From Hypanus sabinus (taxonomy: Eukaryota), in NCBI RefSeq assembly GCF_030144855.1, contig NW_026781175.1:248001-312000 (forward strand): 64,000 nt of DNA. The letters are read 5' to 3'. The notes beneath the pieces were generated by a model, which saw only the letters and a program-made list of their open reading frames with translations, was not told the DNA's origin and did not search any database. Positions 24,961-38,699 of the stretch are shown piece by piece; the stretch's first letter is position 1, and each line of letters opens with the position of its first letter. Position numbers and translations under genes: made by a program.

Positions 24961-27900
24961 GTCATGCAGGGAGGTTTGCTAGTGTTATTGCGGAGGGTTT
25001 AAACTAGATTTGCAGGCGCATGGGAACCAGAGTGCTAGAGTAGGTAGTGGAACGGGGGTAAAAATAAATGATGTTGGTAGTTCATGCAGAGTCACAAAGA
25101 GTAAGGTTGAGTGTGCTGGTAATAATCTTCTAAGGTGTGTATATTTCAAAGCGAGGAGTATTGTGGGAAAGGCAGATGAGCTGAGGGCCATGATTGACAT
25201 GTGGAATTATGACATCATAGCCATTACTGAAACTTGGCTGAAGGAGGGGCAGGACTGGCAGCTCAATGTTCCAGGGTTCCGATGTTTCAGACGTGATAGA
25301 GGCTGATGGATGAAGGGTGGTGGGGGGAGTGGCTTTGGTAGTCAGAGAAAATATTACGGCAGTGCTTCGATAGGACAGATTAGAGGGTTTGTCTACTGGG
25401 GCCATATGGGTGGAGCTGAGAAACAAGAAATTTATGACCACATTAATAGGGTTGTATTATAGACCACCCAATAGTCAGCGAGAATTGGAGGAGCAAATCT
25501 GCAGAGAGATAACAGACAACTGCAGGAAACAAAAAGTTATGATTGCAGGGGATTTTAACTTTCCACACATTGCTTGGGACTCCTATACTCTTAAAGGTCT
25601 AGATGGGTTAGAGTTTGTGAAATATGTTCAGGAAAGCTTTCTAAATCAACATATAGATGCACCAACTTGGTAGGATTCAATATTAGATCTCCTATTAGGA
25701 ATGAGTTATGGCAGGTGATGGAAGTATGTGTAGGGGAACAGTTTGGTTCCAGCGATCATAACGTCAGTAGTTTCAACTTGATCATGGATAAAGATAGATC
25801 TGGTCTTCGGATTGAAGTTCTAAACTGGTAAAAGGCCAAATTTGAAGAAATGAGAAAGGATCTAAAAAGCGTAGATTGGGACATGTTTTTCTCTGGCAAG
25901 GATACGATTAGTAAGTGGGCTGCCTTCAAAGGAGGAATTTTGAGAGTGCAGAGTTTGGTACGTTCCGGTCAGGGTTAAAGGCAAAATGAATCAGAATAAG
26001 GAATCTTGGTTCTTGAGGGATATTGGAACTCTGATGAAGAAGAGGAGAGAGATGTATAACATGTTTTGGCAAAAGGGAGGATATAAGGTGCTTGAGGAGT
26101 ATAAAAAGTGTAAGAAATACTTAAGAAAGAAATCCGGAGGGGTAACAGAAGAGATGAGGCTGTTTTGGCAGTCAGGATGATGGATAATACTAAGACCTTC
26201 TAGAGGTATGTTAAAAGCAAAAGGAAAGTAAGGGATACAATTGGTCCTCTTGTAGATCAGAGTGGTCGGCTATGTATGGAACCAAAAGAAATGGGAGAGA
26301 TATTAAATGGTTTTTATTTGTATCTGCATTTACTAAGGAAACTGGAATGGAGTCTATGGAAACAAGGCAAACAAGTAGGGAAGTCGTGGAACTTATAAAG
26401 TTTAAAGAGGAGACGGTGTTTGCTGTCTTGAGGCAAATCAGAGTAGATAAATCCACAGGACCTGACAGGGTAATCCCTCGGACCTTGAAGGAGACTAGTG
26501 TTGAAATTGCAGGGACCCTGGCAAAAATATTTAAAATGTCGATATCCACGGGTCAGGTGCCAGAGGATTGGAGGATAGCTCATGTAGTTCCGTTGTTTAA
26601 AAAAGGGTCAAAAAGTAAGCCGGGAAATTATAGGCCGTTGAGTTGGACCTCGGTAGTAGGCGAATTAACGGAAGGAATACTAAGAGATAGGGATAGACAG
26701 GGACTTATTAGAAGAAAGTCAGCATGGGTTTGTGGGTGGTAGGTCATGTTTAACCAATCTATTAGAATTATTCAAGGAAATTACCAGTAAAGTGGATGAA
26801 GGAAAGGCAGTGGATGTTGTATACATGGACTTCTGTAAGGCCTTTGACAATGTTCGTCATGGGAGGTTATTTAGGAAGATTCAGTCGCTAGGTATACCTT
26901 GGGTGGTAGTAAATTGGATTAGACATTGGCTCAATGAAAGAAGCCAATGAGTGGTAGTGGAGGATTGCTACTCTGAGTGGAGGCCTGTGACTAGTGGTGT
27001 GCCACAGGGATCAGTACTGGGTCCATTGTTATTTACTATCTGTGTCAATGACCTGGAAGATAATGTGCTAAAATGGATCAGCAAATTTACTGATGATACA
27101 AAGATTGGGGGTGTAGTGGGCACTGAGGAAGGTTTTCAAAGCTTGCAGAGGGATTTGGAGCAGTTGGAAGAATGGGCTGAGCAATGGCAGATGGGTTTTA
27201 ATGCGGACAAATGTGAGGTTTTGCACTTCGGAAGGTCAAACCAAGGTAGAATATACAAGGTAAATGTTAGGACACAGAGGAGTGCAATAGGACAGAGGAA
27301 TCTGGGAGTACGGATACATAATTCCCTAAAAGTGGCTTCACAAGGAGATAGGGCTGTAAAGAAAGCTTTTGGTACATTGGCCTTTATAAATCAAAGTATT
27401 GAGTATAAGATTTGCAATGTAATGGTGAGGTTGTATAAGGCATTGGTGAAACCGAATTTGGAGTATCTTGTGCAGTTTTGGCCATCTAATTACAGGAAGG
27501 ATATGAATAAGATTGAAAGAGTGCAGAGAATGTTTACAAGGATGTTGCCGGGACTTGAGAAACTGAGTTGCAGAGTAAGTTTGAATAGGTTAGGACTCCA
27601 TTCTCTGGAGCGTAGAAGAATGAGGGGTGATTTGATAGAGGTATATAAAATTATGATGGGTATAGATAAAATGAATGTGAGCAGGCTTTTTCCACTGAGG
27701 CCCGGAGAGAGAAAAACAGAGGTCATGTGTTCAGGGTGAAGGGAGAAAAGTTTAAAGGGAACATTAGGAGGGGCTTCTTCACGCAGAGAGTGGTGGGAGT
27801 GTGGAATGAGCTGCCAGATGAAGTGGTGAATGTGGGCTCAGTCTTGACATTTAAGAAAAACTTGAACAGGTATATGGATGAGAAGGGTTTAGAAGGATAT

Positions 27901-28003
27901 GGCCCAGCTGCAGATGAGTGGGACTATGCAGAAAAGTGTTTCGTCACAGCCAAGAAGGGCCAAAAGGCCTGTTTCTCTGCTGTAATGTTCTATGGTTCGA
28001 TGG
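24960..28003 (+). mobile_element. CR1 LINE, near-complete but disabled ORF2 (APE endonuclease plus RT)
   Basis: ITETWL, GDFNFP, NYRPLS, DFCKAFD, GVPQGSVLGPLLF, FTDDTK and RRRMRGDLIEVYK motifs. Several stops and frameshifts. Tail TTCTATGGTTCGATG. Confidence 0.97.
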
Positions 28004-28009
28004 TTAGCC

Positions 28010-30640
28010 TGGGATATCACAGTTTTAGATCCAAGTACGAAGGACCCGGGGAACAAGCTGCGCATGTTTATGAGGTGTTGAGCCAGTATTTATTTTATAA
28101 GCTCAGACACAATATGACTGCTATATTGAGGAGAGGATGAGTTACCATTCCATCCTTCAGATAGAGGCTGTGAGTAAATGGGCGGTTCCGTGTTTACTAC
28201 AGTAGAAATAGACCCGTGAGTTTGGTGTTCAAACTGAGTGTGGAAATCCCCCCTCAATGTTATCTGTCTCTCCGTCGGTGGAAAACAGATAGAAACACAA
28301 GATGCTGGAAATCTTCAATAAAAAGGGGAATAGTTGAAGCGATTCTGACGTACGGTTGAGAACCCAAATCGACAACTTTGTTCCTCTGGATATGAACCTG
28401 TGCACAGGCGCTTGTTTTGTGATATTTAGTGGAACAGTAAAGAAACTACAGTTTTCCCCTGTGAATTATCCTGGTACCACGTTCCCTGTTATACTGGTAA
28501 ATGTGTTCAGTACAACTGTTGCTCACATGGTTCACAAGAGTAATCTTAGGAATGAGTGGGTTTATGTATGACAAGCATTTGATGACTCTGGGCCTGTACG
28601 TGGATTTCAGAAGTATAGAAGTGGACGGGATCTTATTAAAAACTACCGAATACTGAACAGCATGATGACAGTGGACATGGAGAGGATGTGTGCATCAGAA
28701 GGAGTGTCTGTGATCTGCGAGGACAGCCTCAGAATCAAGAAGTTTCCCTTAAAACCTGAAATGAGAGACACTTCGTCAACCAGAGAGTGGCCGACCTGTG
28801 GAGTTTGTTGCAACGAAGGCGGTTGAGGCTGTCATTTGGTATATTTATAGCAATATATTATTGATCACTAGAGTAGGTATCATGTTTTGTTAGCCAGAAC
28901 TACTGGACGATTAATTCAATTTCGCACGAGGCATGGTTAAAAGCAGCCTTTACAAGTTTAGATTCATCATTTCAAAATAGCTGTCGTGTTAATCTTTGTC
29001 ACAATGTAACTCATAGCGTCTGATGTTGAGTTTGTTATTTCCCTTTTCAGTTGCCTTTGTTGAGCCACTTCCTCCGTTTCCATGGTAAAAAACCACTAGA
29101 ACTGCAAGAGGTGTTGCACAATTACATCGCTGTGCGTTCACTTCCTCTCAGCGTAGAGACAGTGGCCTCAGGAGCAAAGGCAACAGTATGATAGAGGGAG
29201 GGAAGGATGCTGTGAGCATTGGCTGTATGGAATGAACTGAGAATATGGAAACATTGAAAACCTGCAACATAATACACAAACTCTTCGGGCAACTGTGTTT
29301 TCCGAAAAATTTACTTACTTCCGAAATTTCCTATGTTTACCCATAGCCCTTTATTTTTCTAAGCTCCATGTACCTATTCAAAAGTCTATCAAAACACCCT
29401 ACCTCATCCACCTCCACCACCGTCACCAGGAACCCTATCCACGCGAGTGCGTAAATGAAAAAAAAACCTACCCTTGACATCACCTCTTTATCTACTTCCA
29501 ACGACCTTAGAACTGTGCCCTCTCGTGCTAGCCATTTCAGCCCTAAGAAAAAACTTCTGACTATCCACACGATCAATACCTCTCATCATCTTATACACCT
29601 CTACTAGGTCACTTTTCATCCTCTATCTCCCCAAGTAGAAAAGGCCAAGTTCACTCAACCAATTGTCAGAAGGCATGCTCCCCAATCCAGAAAAATCATT
29701 GTAAATCTCTTCTGCACACTTCCTTCATGTAGAGTGGTGATCTGAATTGAGCACAGTACTCCGAGTTGAGTCTGACCAGGGTCTTATATAGCTGTAACAT
29801 TACCTTTCGGCGCCTAAAATTAATTCCACGATTGATGAATCCCTATGCACCGTATGCCTTCTGAACCTACGCATCAGCTTCGAGTGTCCTATGGAGTAAC
29901 CCCAAGATCCCCCTGATCCTCTACACTGTCAAAACCCTTATCATTAATACTATACTCCGCCATCATATTTGACCTAGCAAAATGAAACACATCTGACTTA
30001 TCTGGGTTGAACTTCTCCGCCCAGTTTTGCATCCTACCGATGTCCCGCTGTAACCTCCACAGCCCTCCACACTATCCACAATACCCCCAAACTAGGTTTC
30101 CGCAGCAAATTTACTAAACCTTGCCTCCTCTTCCTTATCCACGTCATTTATAAAGATTACGAAGAGAACAGGTGCCAGTACGGATCACTGAGGCACACCA
30201 CTGGTCACCGTCCTCCATGCAGAATACGACCCGTCTACATCCACGCTTTGTTGTCTGTGGACAAGTCAATGCTGGATCGGCAAAGCACGGTCTCCTTGGA
30301 TCCCATGCCTCCTTTCTTCATCAGTAAGCCTGGCATGGGGTACCTTATCAAATGCCTTGCTGACATCCATATACAATACATGTACTGCTCTACCTTCATC
30401 AAAGTGTTTAGTCACATCCTTAAAAAAATTCAATGAGTCTCGACAGGCACGACCTGCCTTTGACTTCCCATGCCGATTATTCTTAACCATTTTATGCCTC
30501 TCCAAATGTTCATAAATCCAGCCTCTCAATAGCTTCTCCATCAATTTACCAATCACTGAAGTAATTCTCAATGGTCTATAGTTTCCTGGGCTACCTCTGC
30601 TCCCTTTTTTGAATAAGAGAGCACCAACCTCAAACCTCCA
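28010..30640 (+). repeat. Module B segmental duplication, copy 2, including a minus-strand CR1 at ~29240-30640
   Basis: Collinear with 21610-24250. YMDVSKAFDKVPHARL on the minus strand. Confidence 0.92.
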
Positions 30641-30799
30641 ATCAGTTTATATCTGCGCATTAAAATAAATTAAAAAAAATGCTGTTGCAGGAAATTTAAA
30701 GTAACAAAGAGAGAACACTGGAAGCATTCAGCAGATCTGTAGCATCTCGGACAGCCCCTGTTCTGAAACTGGGTTTTCCGCCATTTCTCCTGTCACAGA

Positions 30800-31115
30800 T
30801 GTACTTTGTGTCATGGTCCGGTCCGTGAGGTCCACATTCCAGTTCCCAGACCTTATCGATCCATATACATCGATAAGGATCTATCGATCCTTACTCCAGG
30901 TTTTCCGGTTTTAGGCACGCTCTTTCTGATGATTGGCGGCAGTTCCACCGGGCGGTATTTGTTCGGTTCTGAAGGTGTAGAGTACTTTGGTACAGGGATG
31001 ATGCCGGCTGATTTGAATCCTGGATGAGTGAAGTCGTTAGTGAGCTGAGGTGTGCTTTGCCGGAGTACTTGGACTGGGATGTTTTCTGGCCCGGCAGGCT
31101 TACGGGGTTCTCTCA
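30800..31115 (-). mobile_element. Rex1/Babar RT fragment
   Basis: PRKPAGPENIP.QVLR...FKSAGIIPVPK...NKYRPVEL. Confidence 0.8.
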
Positions 31116-31119
31116 ACAA

Positions 31120-31680
31120 AATAGAGGTGAGGCCGAATTTGGAGTACTGTGTACAGTTCTGTTCACCGAATTATCTTAAAGATGTCAACAAATAGACAGA
31201 GTACAGGAAGATTTACTAGAATGTTACCTGGGTTTCAGCACCTAAGTTACAGGGAAATGTTGAACAAGTTACATCTTTATTCTTTGGAGCGTAGAAGGTT
31301 AAGGGGGGAACTTGGTAGAGGTATTTAAATTATGAGGGGGATAGATAGAGTTGACGAGGATAGGTTTTTACATTGATAGTAGGGGAGATTCAAACAATAA
31401 GGCATGAGTTAAGCGTTAGGGGGCATGTTTAAGGGTAACACGACGGGGAATTTCTTTACTCAGAGAGTGGTGGCTGTTTGGAACGAGCTTCCAGTAGAAG
31501 TGGTAGAGGCAGGTTCGGTAATGTCATTTAAAGTAAAATTGGATAGGTATACGGAGAGGAAAGGAGTGGAGGGTTATGGGCTGAGTGCGGGTAGGTGGGA
31601 CTAGGTGAGATTAAGAGTTCGGCACGGATTAGAAGGGTCGAGATGGCCTGTTTCCTTGCTGTAATTTTTATATGATTATC
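31120..31680 (+). mobile_element. CR1 3' end
   Basis: VRPNLEYCVQF, SLERRRLRG and FFTQRVV motifs. Confidence 0.9.
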
Positions 31681-32829
31681 TGCTGTTGTTAAAATGTGTA
31701 GCTGCTCTCCTCGGAGGGGGTAGCTTCCGTGACTTGCTCGTGTTGCGTGCCTTGAACCGCTGTTTAGAGCGTCAGGGAGGGGGACGTCAATGGTACAGAC
31801 AAAGGTAGTTTTCCTAAGTCTGTAATGCCCTTGATGCCCATCCAAATATGCCAAGGGTTTTTTCTCCAGGGTTGGGAAATTCAAAGCCAAAGTACACAGA
31901 TACAAAAGAGCAGGAAGATCGGAGAGACCTGCGAGGTGATCTCAATACACAGACCTAGTGAGTACTTGGAATGAGCTGTTCAGTGATTGCATCGTTGGTT
32001 ATCTCCCTCGGTGTCAGTATCCTCACTGTGTTTGGAAAATCCCACTCACTCAATGAGCAACTGGAAATTAAAGAAATAGTCAAGTTGTTGGAGACCTGAA
32101 ATCAAATCAGGAAATGTTTGAAGCCATTCCGACACAGATTCTTGGAGTTGAAGCATTAAAATTGTTTTTTTCTCTCTCCCCGCAGATACTCTTTGTCTCT
32201 TGAGTGTTTCTTGTATTTGCAGGTTGTTTAGAATATTACGTTACAATTATTTAATTCTCTTGGGAAATGGACTTCTGTCGGACGTTCAATTTAAATTCAT
32301 TCTCTTACAGCACCGAAACAGGGCTGTCAGCCCATCCAGTCTGTGCCATTCTCTGCCTAGACCCATCCACGTGCACCCAGATCATAGCCCTCAATACCTC
32401 TCTCAACCAGGTACCCAAACAGAATTCTCTTAAATGTTGCAATTGAACTTGCATCCGCATTCGTGCCAGCCTCTGAGTGAAGTAGTTCCTCCTCAGATTC
32501 CCCGAAAATATTTCACTTTTTACCTGAAACCCATGACCCCACCCAACCTGAGTGGCAAAAGCCTAAATTCATTCACCCTTGTTTGTATATCTCTACATCA
32601 TAGTTTGTATCCGTCTGGCAGGGGTTCGCAGTCTGTGATCCACAGAAGCCACGCTTAATGGTAGGGGTTTATGGCATAAAATTTTTGGTACGTCTGCTAG
32701 TATCATAATCCCTTGTGTCACGGAGTCAATTTCTAACTTTTTCAATCTACCCCTGTAACTCAGTTTCTTAAATGCCAGCAACATCCGTGTCTGCCAGGGT
32801 TCCTGCAGTGTCTACACTAGCCTGCCAAG

Positions 32830-34065
32830 ATCTATTTGGTGTAAGCTGGTCCATCTCTGACACGTCCGTCCCCTTTCCTGATCTCTCCATCTCTGGAGCC
32901 AGGTTGTGAACCAACATCTTTTAATAAAATTACTGATTTGCATGATAAGCTCGACCATACCTCTTCCCGACCTATCACTTGTAAAATGCTCTACCCTTTT
33001 CTCAGTTTCATTGCTTCTGCTGCATCTGTTCCCAGTATGTGGCTGTCCTCCCCCCACTATTGATGCTGTCCTCACTCATATTTACCGTACACCGTGCTCA
33101 CCCCATCTTCCTACCACCGTAATAATGATAAGAGTCCCTCTTGTCCTTACCTACCACCCCTTTAGCCTCTGCAACTTCCGCCATCTCCAAAGAGATCTTA
33201 CGACTAAACATATTTTTATCTTCCGCGCCCACCCACCCTCTTCTTTCAACAGGGATCACTTCCTCCGCAACTCCATTGTTCATTCATCCCTCCTCACTTA
33301 TCTCTCTCCAGCCACTTCTCCCTGCAAGTGGCCTAAGTGCTACAACTACCCGTACACCTGCTCCCTCAACTCCATTCAGAAACAAAACAGTCCTTCCAGG
33401 AGAACTTCACCTGCGAATCTGCTGGGGTCATCTATTTTGTCGTGTGCTCCCGATGCGGCGTCATTGACATTCTTGAAATCCACCATAAATTGGGAGACCG
33501 TTTTGTCGTGCATCTCTGCATTATCTGCCACAAGGCAGACTTCCCAGTGGCCAAAAATTTTAATTGTGATTCCCATTCTAACGTCTCGATTTATGACCTC
33601 CTCTTGTGCCAAAATGAGACCGCCCTCAGGGTGGAGGAGCAACAACTTATATTCCATCTGGGTACCCACCAACCTGATTGTATGAATATTGGATGTTCTT
33701 TCCTGTAAACAAATCCCCCACTTCTCTATTCCCCACAGAACTTTCATTTCTCCTCATCAGCCTGTAATTTCCCCGGGTTCCTCCTTCCCTTTCCCCTGCT
33801 GACAACTCTCAGATTCTTTCATCTCCAGCCCTTAACCTGCTCATCACTTGACTTCACCAATCACCTTCCACATTCCCTCTTTCTCCATCCCGACCTTTTC
33901 ATTCAGATCAGTACCCCTCCTCCTCAGTAATGAAAATTGCTCGTGGTCCAAAATGTGGACAGTTTCCTCTTTTCCATAGGTACTGCTTGTTGTGCTGAAT
34001 TCCTCCAGCATTCTGTGTGAGTTGCTTTAGATTTCCGGCGTTTGCAAGCTTTCTACTGTTTAAGT
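32830..34065 (+). mobile_element. Penelope-like element: RT C-terminus/linker, GIY-YIG endonuclease and pLTR (degenerate)
   Basis: RVPLVLTYHP and FTCESAGVIYFVVCSRCG...LGDRFVVHL...PVAKNFN...LRVEEQQLIFHLGT. Confidence 0.92.
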
Positions 34066-34159
34066 ATGATAAATACCGTAGCAATTATTTCGGCTTTGTT
34101 GAGATTGTACCTGGAATATGGTGTAAAATCCCGCTCCCCATACTAACACGGGTTATACA

Positions 34160-34445
34160 GACCAAATAACAAACTGCCGGAGGAACTCAGAGGGTCGGGC
34201 AGCATCTGTGGAGGGAAATGGACCGTCAACATTTCGGGCCGAGACCCTCCCTCTAGACTGAGTGTGGACAGGAAATAGTTAGAGAAAACAGGTGAGGGGT
34301 GGGGATGGGGCAAGAGCTGGGGAGTGAGAGGTGGATCCAGGTGAGGGGGAGGTGTGAAAGTGGAAATAGTGACAGGGGTGGGAGTTGAGCGGTTGTGGCA
34401 ACACGGGGCTTCAGAAGACAGAAACTAATTCCATAGAAGATCAAT
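34160..34445 (-). mobile_element. PLE pLTR fragment
   Basis: GGAGGAACTCAG..GGTCGGGCAGCATC and TTTCGGGCCGAGACCCT. Confidence 0.75.
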
Positions 34446-34899
34446 AAAGAGGTTAGAGAGTATTTCTCTCAGAGATTCACCAGACTGATTCCTGGAGGAC
34501 GATGAAGGTCGTTGATCGATTTCGCATAAAACAGAGGCAGGAAGATGTGTGGAGACCGAAGGGATCGAGGAAATGATGATCGTGCAGGAACATGTGGCTG
34601 AGATGGGACAGCCGCCATCTTGTTGATGATTTGAGGGGCTGAATGGTCACTTCCTGTTGTTCCTCATTTGATGTTTCTGTTTTCCTGTCCTGAGACGTAC
34701 AGTAGGAACGTTAATAGAAATTTGTGTTTGTAAATATAGAAGTGATTTGAATGAAATTAACACAATTCCGGTTTGGATCTGAATTGTGTATGGGACCGGA
34801 TGGTAACCAAACCCGTTACTCTGAGAACTGGAAGGTGGAGCTAAGGGGACGGCGAAGGTACTGAGGGAAATATCAAGCTGGTGTAAATGTGAAATAACG

Positions 34900-35210
34900 T
34901 GTAAAATGCGGCAGGTAGGTCGGGCACCGTGTGACACCGGTTCAAATGGGAGAACCTTCTCCCGTCACGTGATCCAGTTTCTCGCTGGCATTTCAAACGT
35001 AGGTCTGCAACATCTGCGGGATTTCGATTCCGACGCCCCGCCCCCGCTCTCACAGTCCCCGGATGGGCGGTGGTTTTATTTCCTTTCTGCGTTGAAGCAG
35101 TTCGTCGGCGGGGAGCCAGGGGCCGGACAAATTGATCAAGGTCGCATCGGTGAGTATTGACGCCGGTCACTAGGGGTGAACGCCACCGACAATTTCCCAT
35201 CGGTGAGTAT
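34900..35210 (+). promoter_or_regulatory. CpG-rich putative promoter / first exon with duplicated donor
   Basis: Palindrome GGGAGAA-CC-TTCTCCC (34948-34963), E-box TCACGTGA, IRF-like TTTCGATTCC and TTTTATTTCCTTTC. Two CATCG|GTGAGT donors at 35150 and 35203. Confidence 0.5.
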
Positions 35211-36704
35211 TGAGGCTGATCCCGAGGGAGAAGACTTGCTATTGTTCAGAGAGTCCCGTTAACATCCTCGATCTGGCGTCCTCGTCCCCTTCCTGTACAC
35301 AACCTCTCCGGGTGTGTCCGGGTTGTGGGACCTTCACACCGAACAGTCTGAGATGAGCCGCCGCTCAGCCCCTGGTGTTCTGGTCCCAGGAGCGGGATGA
35401 GGTGATGGTGCCAACACTAAACCCATCCATTCAGTTGCCGCTGGGAAACTTTATCTCCATCACCCGGCCCGGTATCGGATCCAAACTTCACCTGGATCGA
35501 TGCCTGGTGTCGATAATTGTTTTACATATTTCCATCACACTGGAAGCGGCCGTTCGGCCCGTTGTGTTCTTGCAGACAGAGGGTTAAACAGAGTAATCGC
35601 ACCCTCGGGAGACTCCTCCACGTGTATGAGTAGTTCCATCTTTCCCCGTTCAGACAGGACAGTCCTCTCGGGGGACTGGGAAGTTTATTTCCATCTTCTT
35701 TCCATTGCTACAACTTGCCGACATGCAGCTTATGGTTCCTGATATATGACCCTATTAATGCGAGAATTAAGTCTTTTTCATTTATCTGGGTTTCTCGGAA
35801 ATGTGTACACTCACTCCGGAATTTCCAAAGGAGCAACCCAGGCTGTCGAATATTCCCACACGATTCAAATGGGGAATCAGTGTTTGTACATCTATAGAGG
35901 TACAGTGAAAATCTTGTCTTCAGTACCATCCACACAGATCAATACATTGCAACAGTACATACAGTTGATATAATCTAAAAGAATAACATAGTGTAGCAAA
36001 TAATTCTGGTTTCAGAGAAAGTGCGGAGCAGGTTGATATGTGATACAAGGTCACATCTTGCTAGTCTGTGAGGTCAGGATCCATCTCATCACACTGGGGA
36101 ATATTCAGTTTGCTTCTAACAGCAGAACGGAAACTGTCCTTGAGCCTGATGGTATGTTTCTGCTTTATTTTATCTTCGACTCGATGGGGTGGGGGTGGTG
36201 ATGAGAAGTGAGAATGTTCAGGGTTGTGAGGATCTTTCATTATGTTGTTTGCTTTACTGAGGCAGTGGGAAGTGTAGACAAAGTCCATGGAGGGGATTTT
36301 GGTTTCTATGATGTATTCAGCTGTGTCCACAGTTCTCCGCTATTTCATGCAGTTAAAGGAAGAGCAGTAGCTGGATAAAGATGTGAATTATCGGGGTGGG
36401 AGACGTTCTGCGGAGCTTTGATAAAGCGTACAGAGTGGAACAGGACATATACCAAATTTCTTATTGTTTATTCAGGTTTTGTTTTATTGGAATCTGCTAC
36501 CTAATAGTGTGTACTATAAAGTCAGTATCTGTGTATTACAGGACGACCATCAGAAAGTGCATTTCATTCCTTCTCCCACGGGGTTCCATCTGGTCATCTC
36601 CTGCCCATCTTGTTCAACCTCCGTCCAGTCTGTATCCCATTGCCGCAATGATATATTTCAGCAATCTTTCTTCTAAACTTTGTCTTCATTGTGAAGTTTT
36701 GTTT

Positions 36705-36843
36705 NNNNNNNNNNNNNNNNNNNNNNNNNNNNNNNNNNNNNNNNNNNNNNNNNNNNNNNNNNNNNNNNNNNNNNNNNNNNNNNNNNNNNNNNNNNNNNNN
36801 NNNNNNNNNNNNNNNNNNNNNNNNNNNNNNNNNNNNNNNNNNN
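36705..36843. other. Assembly gap
   Basis: Run of N. Confidence 1.
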
Positions 36844-36849
36844 ACCAAA

Positions 36850-37860
36850 AGTTTAATTGAATACAGCACGTGGCAGGGAAAAAAGAAACAGCCACTACAC
36901 TTTTATTTTCCTCGTTACAAAGTGGCTGCACTGTTAATCCTTGTCATAGCATTTGATGTTGAGTTTGTTATTTCCTTTTTCGGTTAAATTTGTTGAGCCA
37001 TTTCCTCCGTTTCCAGGATAACAGTCCGTCAGAGCTGCAACAAATCACGAGAACTGCAAGAGGTGTTGCACATTTTTATCGCTTTGTTGTCACCGCCTCT
37101 CAGGCTAGACACAGTGACCTCGGGAGCAAATGTAACAGAATGATAGTGGGAGGAAAGGATGCTGTGAATAGTGACTGTATGGAATGTATTTCACCAGGCT
37201 CAGAATGAACAGAACTAACAAATTGGTTGGAGTGGGTAGCATTTACATTTTAACGTGTTTCTGATATTTTGTAATCATTTGCCATCTGTACATTAAAATG
37301 AAGAGAGTGAATAAAACTGCAGTTGCAGGAAATTTAAAGTAAGAAGACAAAAATACTAGAAAAGTCGAGCAGATCGATAGCATCTTGAACAGTCCCTGTT
37401 TAGATATTTGATCTTCCACCGTTTCTCCTTTCACAGATGTAACCTGATATACTGAGTTCCCAGCAGTTTACAATTTGTTCCTGCTACACTGAACCGAAAC
37501 GTGCCAGACAGCTGTGCGGGGCAAGATCCCACATTACAATGACATTATGATCAAGTCTGCTCAGTTTAGTTGCTAGATATATGCTGAAGTGTATCCTCTC
37601 ACGAACTACAGACCGGGGAACCAGCCTGATCACCGGCCCCGGCAAAGGGTCATTAAGTTCCAGTTCCACCTTCGACTGTGAATCAGAAATGTCTGGCACA
37701 CCACAGTAAATCGCCGGCATCAGAGCGTCTGAGTATGGATGATAATATTGGGCCGGTGACTGAGGATATGGAACTGGCAGTATGCGGGATTTAGTCCAAG
37801 TTGGTAATTCCACAGCTGGAATGGAATTTCCTCAGTGTGCAGTGACGCTGAAGTCTCGGG
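36850..37860 (+). repeat. Module B partial copy lacking the CR1 insertion
   Basis: Matches 22500-22820 and 28900-29235, then 20860-21430. Confidence 0.8.
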
Positions 37861-37879
37861 CGGTTAGGCATTGGTTATG

Positions 37880-38450
37880 GGGAAATGGCCGTCTGCGCCA
37901 CCTAAAAGGATATCATATCTGACAAGTATTCTGGAGATTATTGATGAGCTAAATATGAGGATAGATGAAAAAGGGCAGTGATGTTGCTCATCTGAACTTT
38001 GGAAAAGTTTGTAATAAGATCCTGCATGGCAGCTGATAAGGAAGGTTAAGTCACGTGGGATTCACGGGGAGTTAGCGAGGTGCATTCACTCCAATTACAG
38101 GATGTAGAGGGTCATGAGTGAAGATGGTGTTAGCGAATGGAGGCCAGTGACAAGTGGGATGTGCAGATCCATGTCGAGACCTCTGGAGTTCATTATTCAT
38201 GTCATTGGTTTGTATATGAATGTACTTGGCACGGTTAGAAAGTTTGATACTAAATTCCGGACTCTGGATGATATTGCAACAGGTTCAATGAATTTCAAAG
38301 ACATCTTGGATAGCGATGAAAATGGTCTGAAAAATGATGAATGGTTTTCAACTTGAACAAGTGAGAGTTGGTGCATTTTTGACAGTCAGGCCAGGGTGGG
38401 ACTCGTGTCGTGAATGGGAGGGTACTGAGCGTTGTGGACAGATTGAGAAA
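37880..38450 (+). mobile_element. Old CR1 RT fragment
   Basis: SEWRPVTSG and degenerate DKILHG motifs. Confidence 0.75.
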
Positions 38451-38699
38451 CAAAAAAAAATCATTATTACGCAACACAGAATACAATGCGGATGGAGAAC
38501 AGTTACATAACTCCTATACAAAGGCTCAGCTCTGATACAGGTTCATCCACCTGAAATACTCACATACTGTCTGTCTTGTTGAATAATTCCAGCAGTTTTG
38601 TTTTATTTTTGTTAAAGATGTTTCGCCAACTTGCTGCTTTGTAAGCATGGAGTGTCTATATTTTGGTTAACAAGGTGAAGTGTAACAATCTGGTAATAG

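Noticed and set aside
2994-36987. ORFs spanning N runs
   Set aside because: Artefacts of assembly gaps.
37484-37813. Minus-strand Ig-receptor-like ORF (IYCG...VELELNDPLPGPVIRL)
   Set aside because: No second Cys/Trp pattern or splice sites, and the paralog conserves a + frame at least as well.
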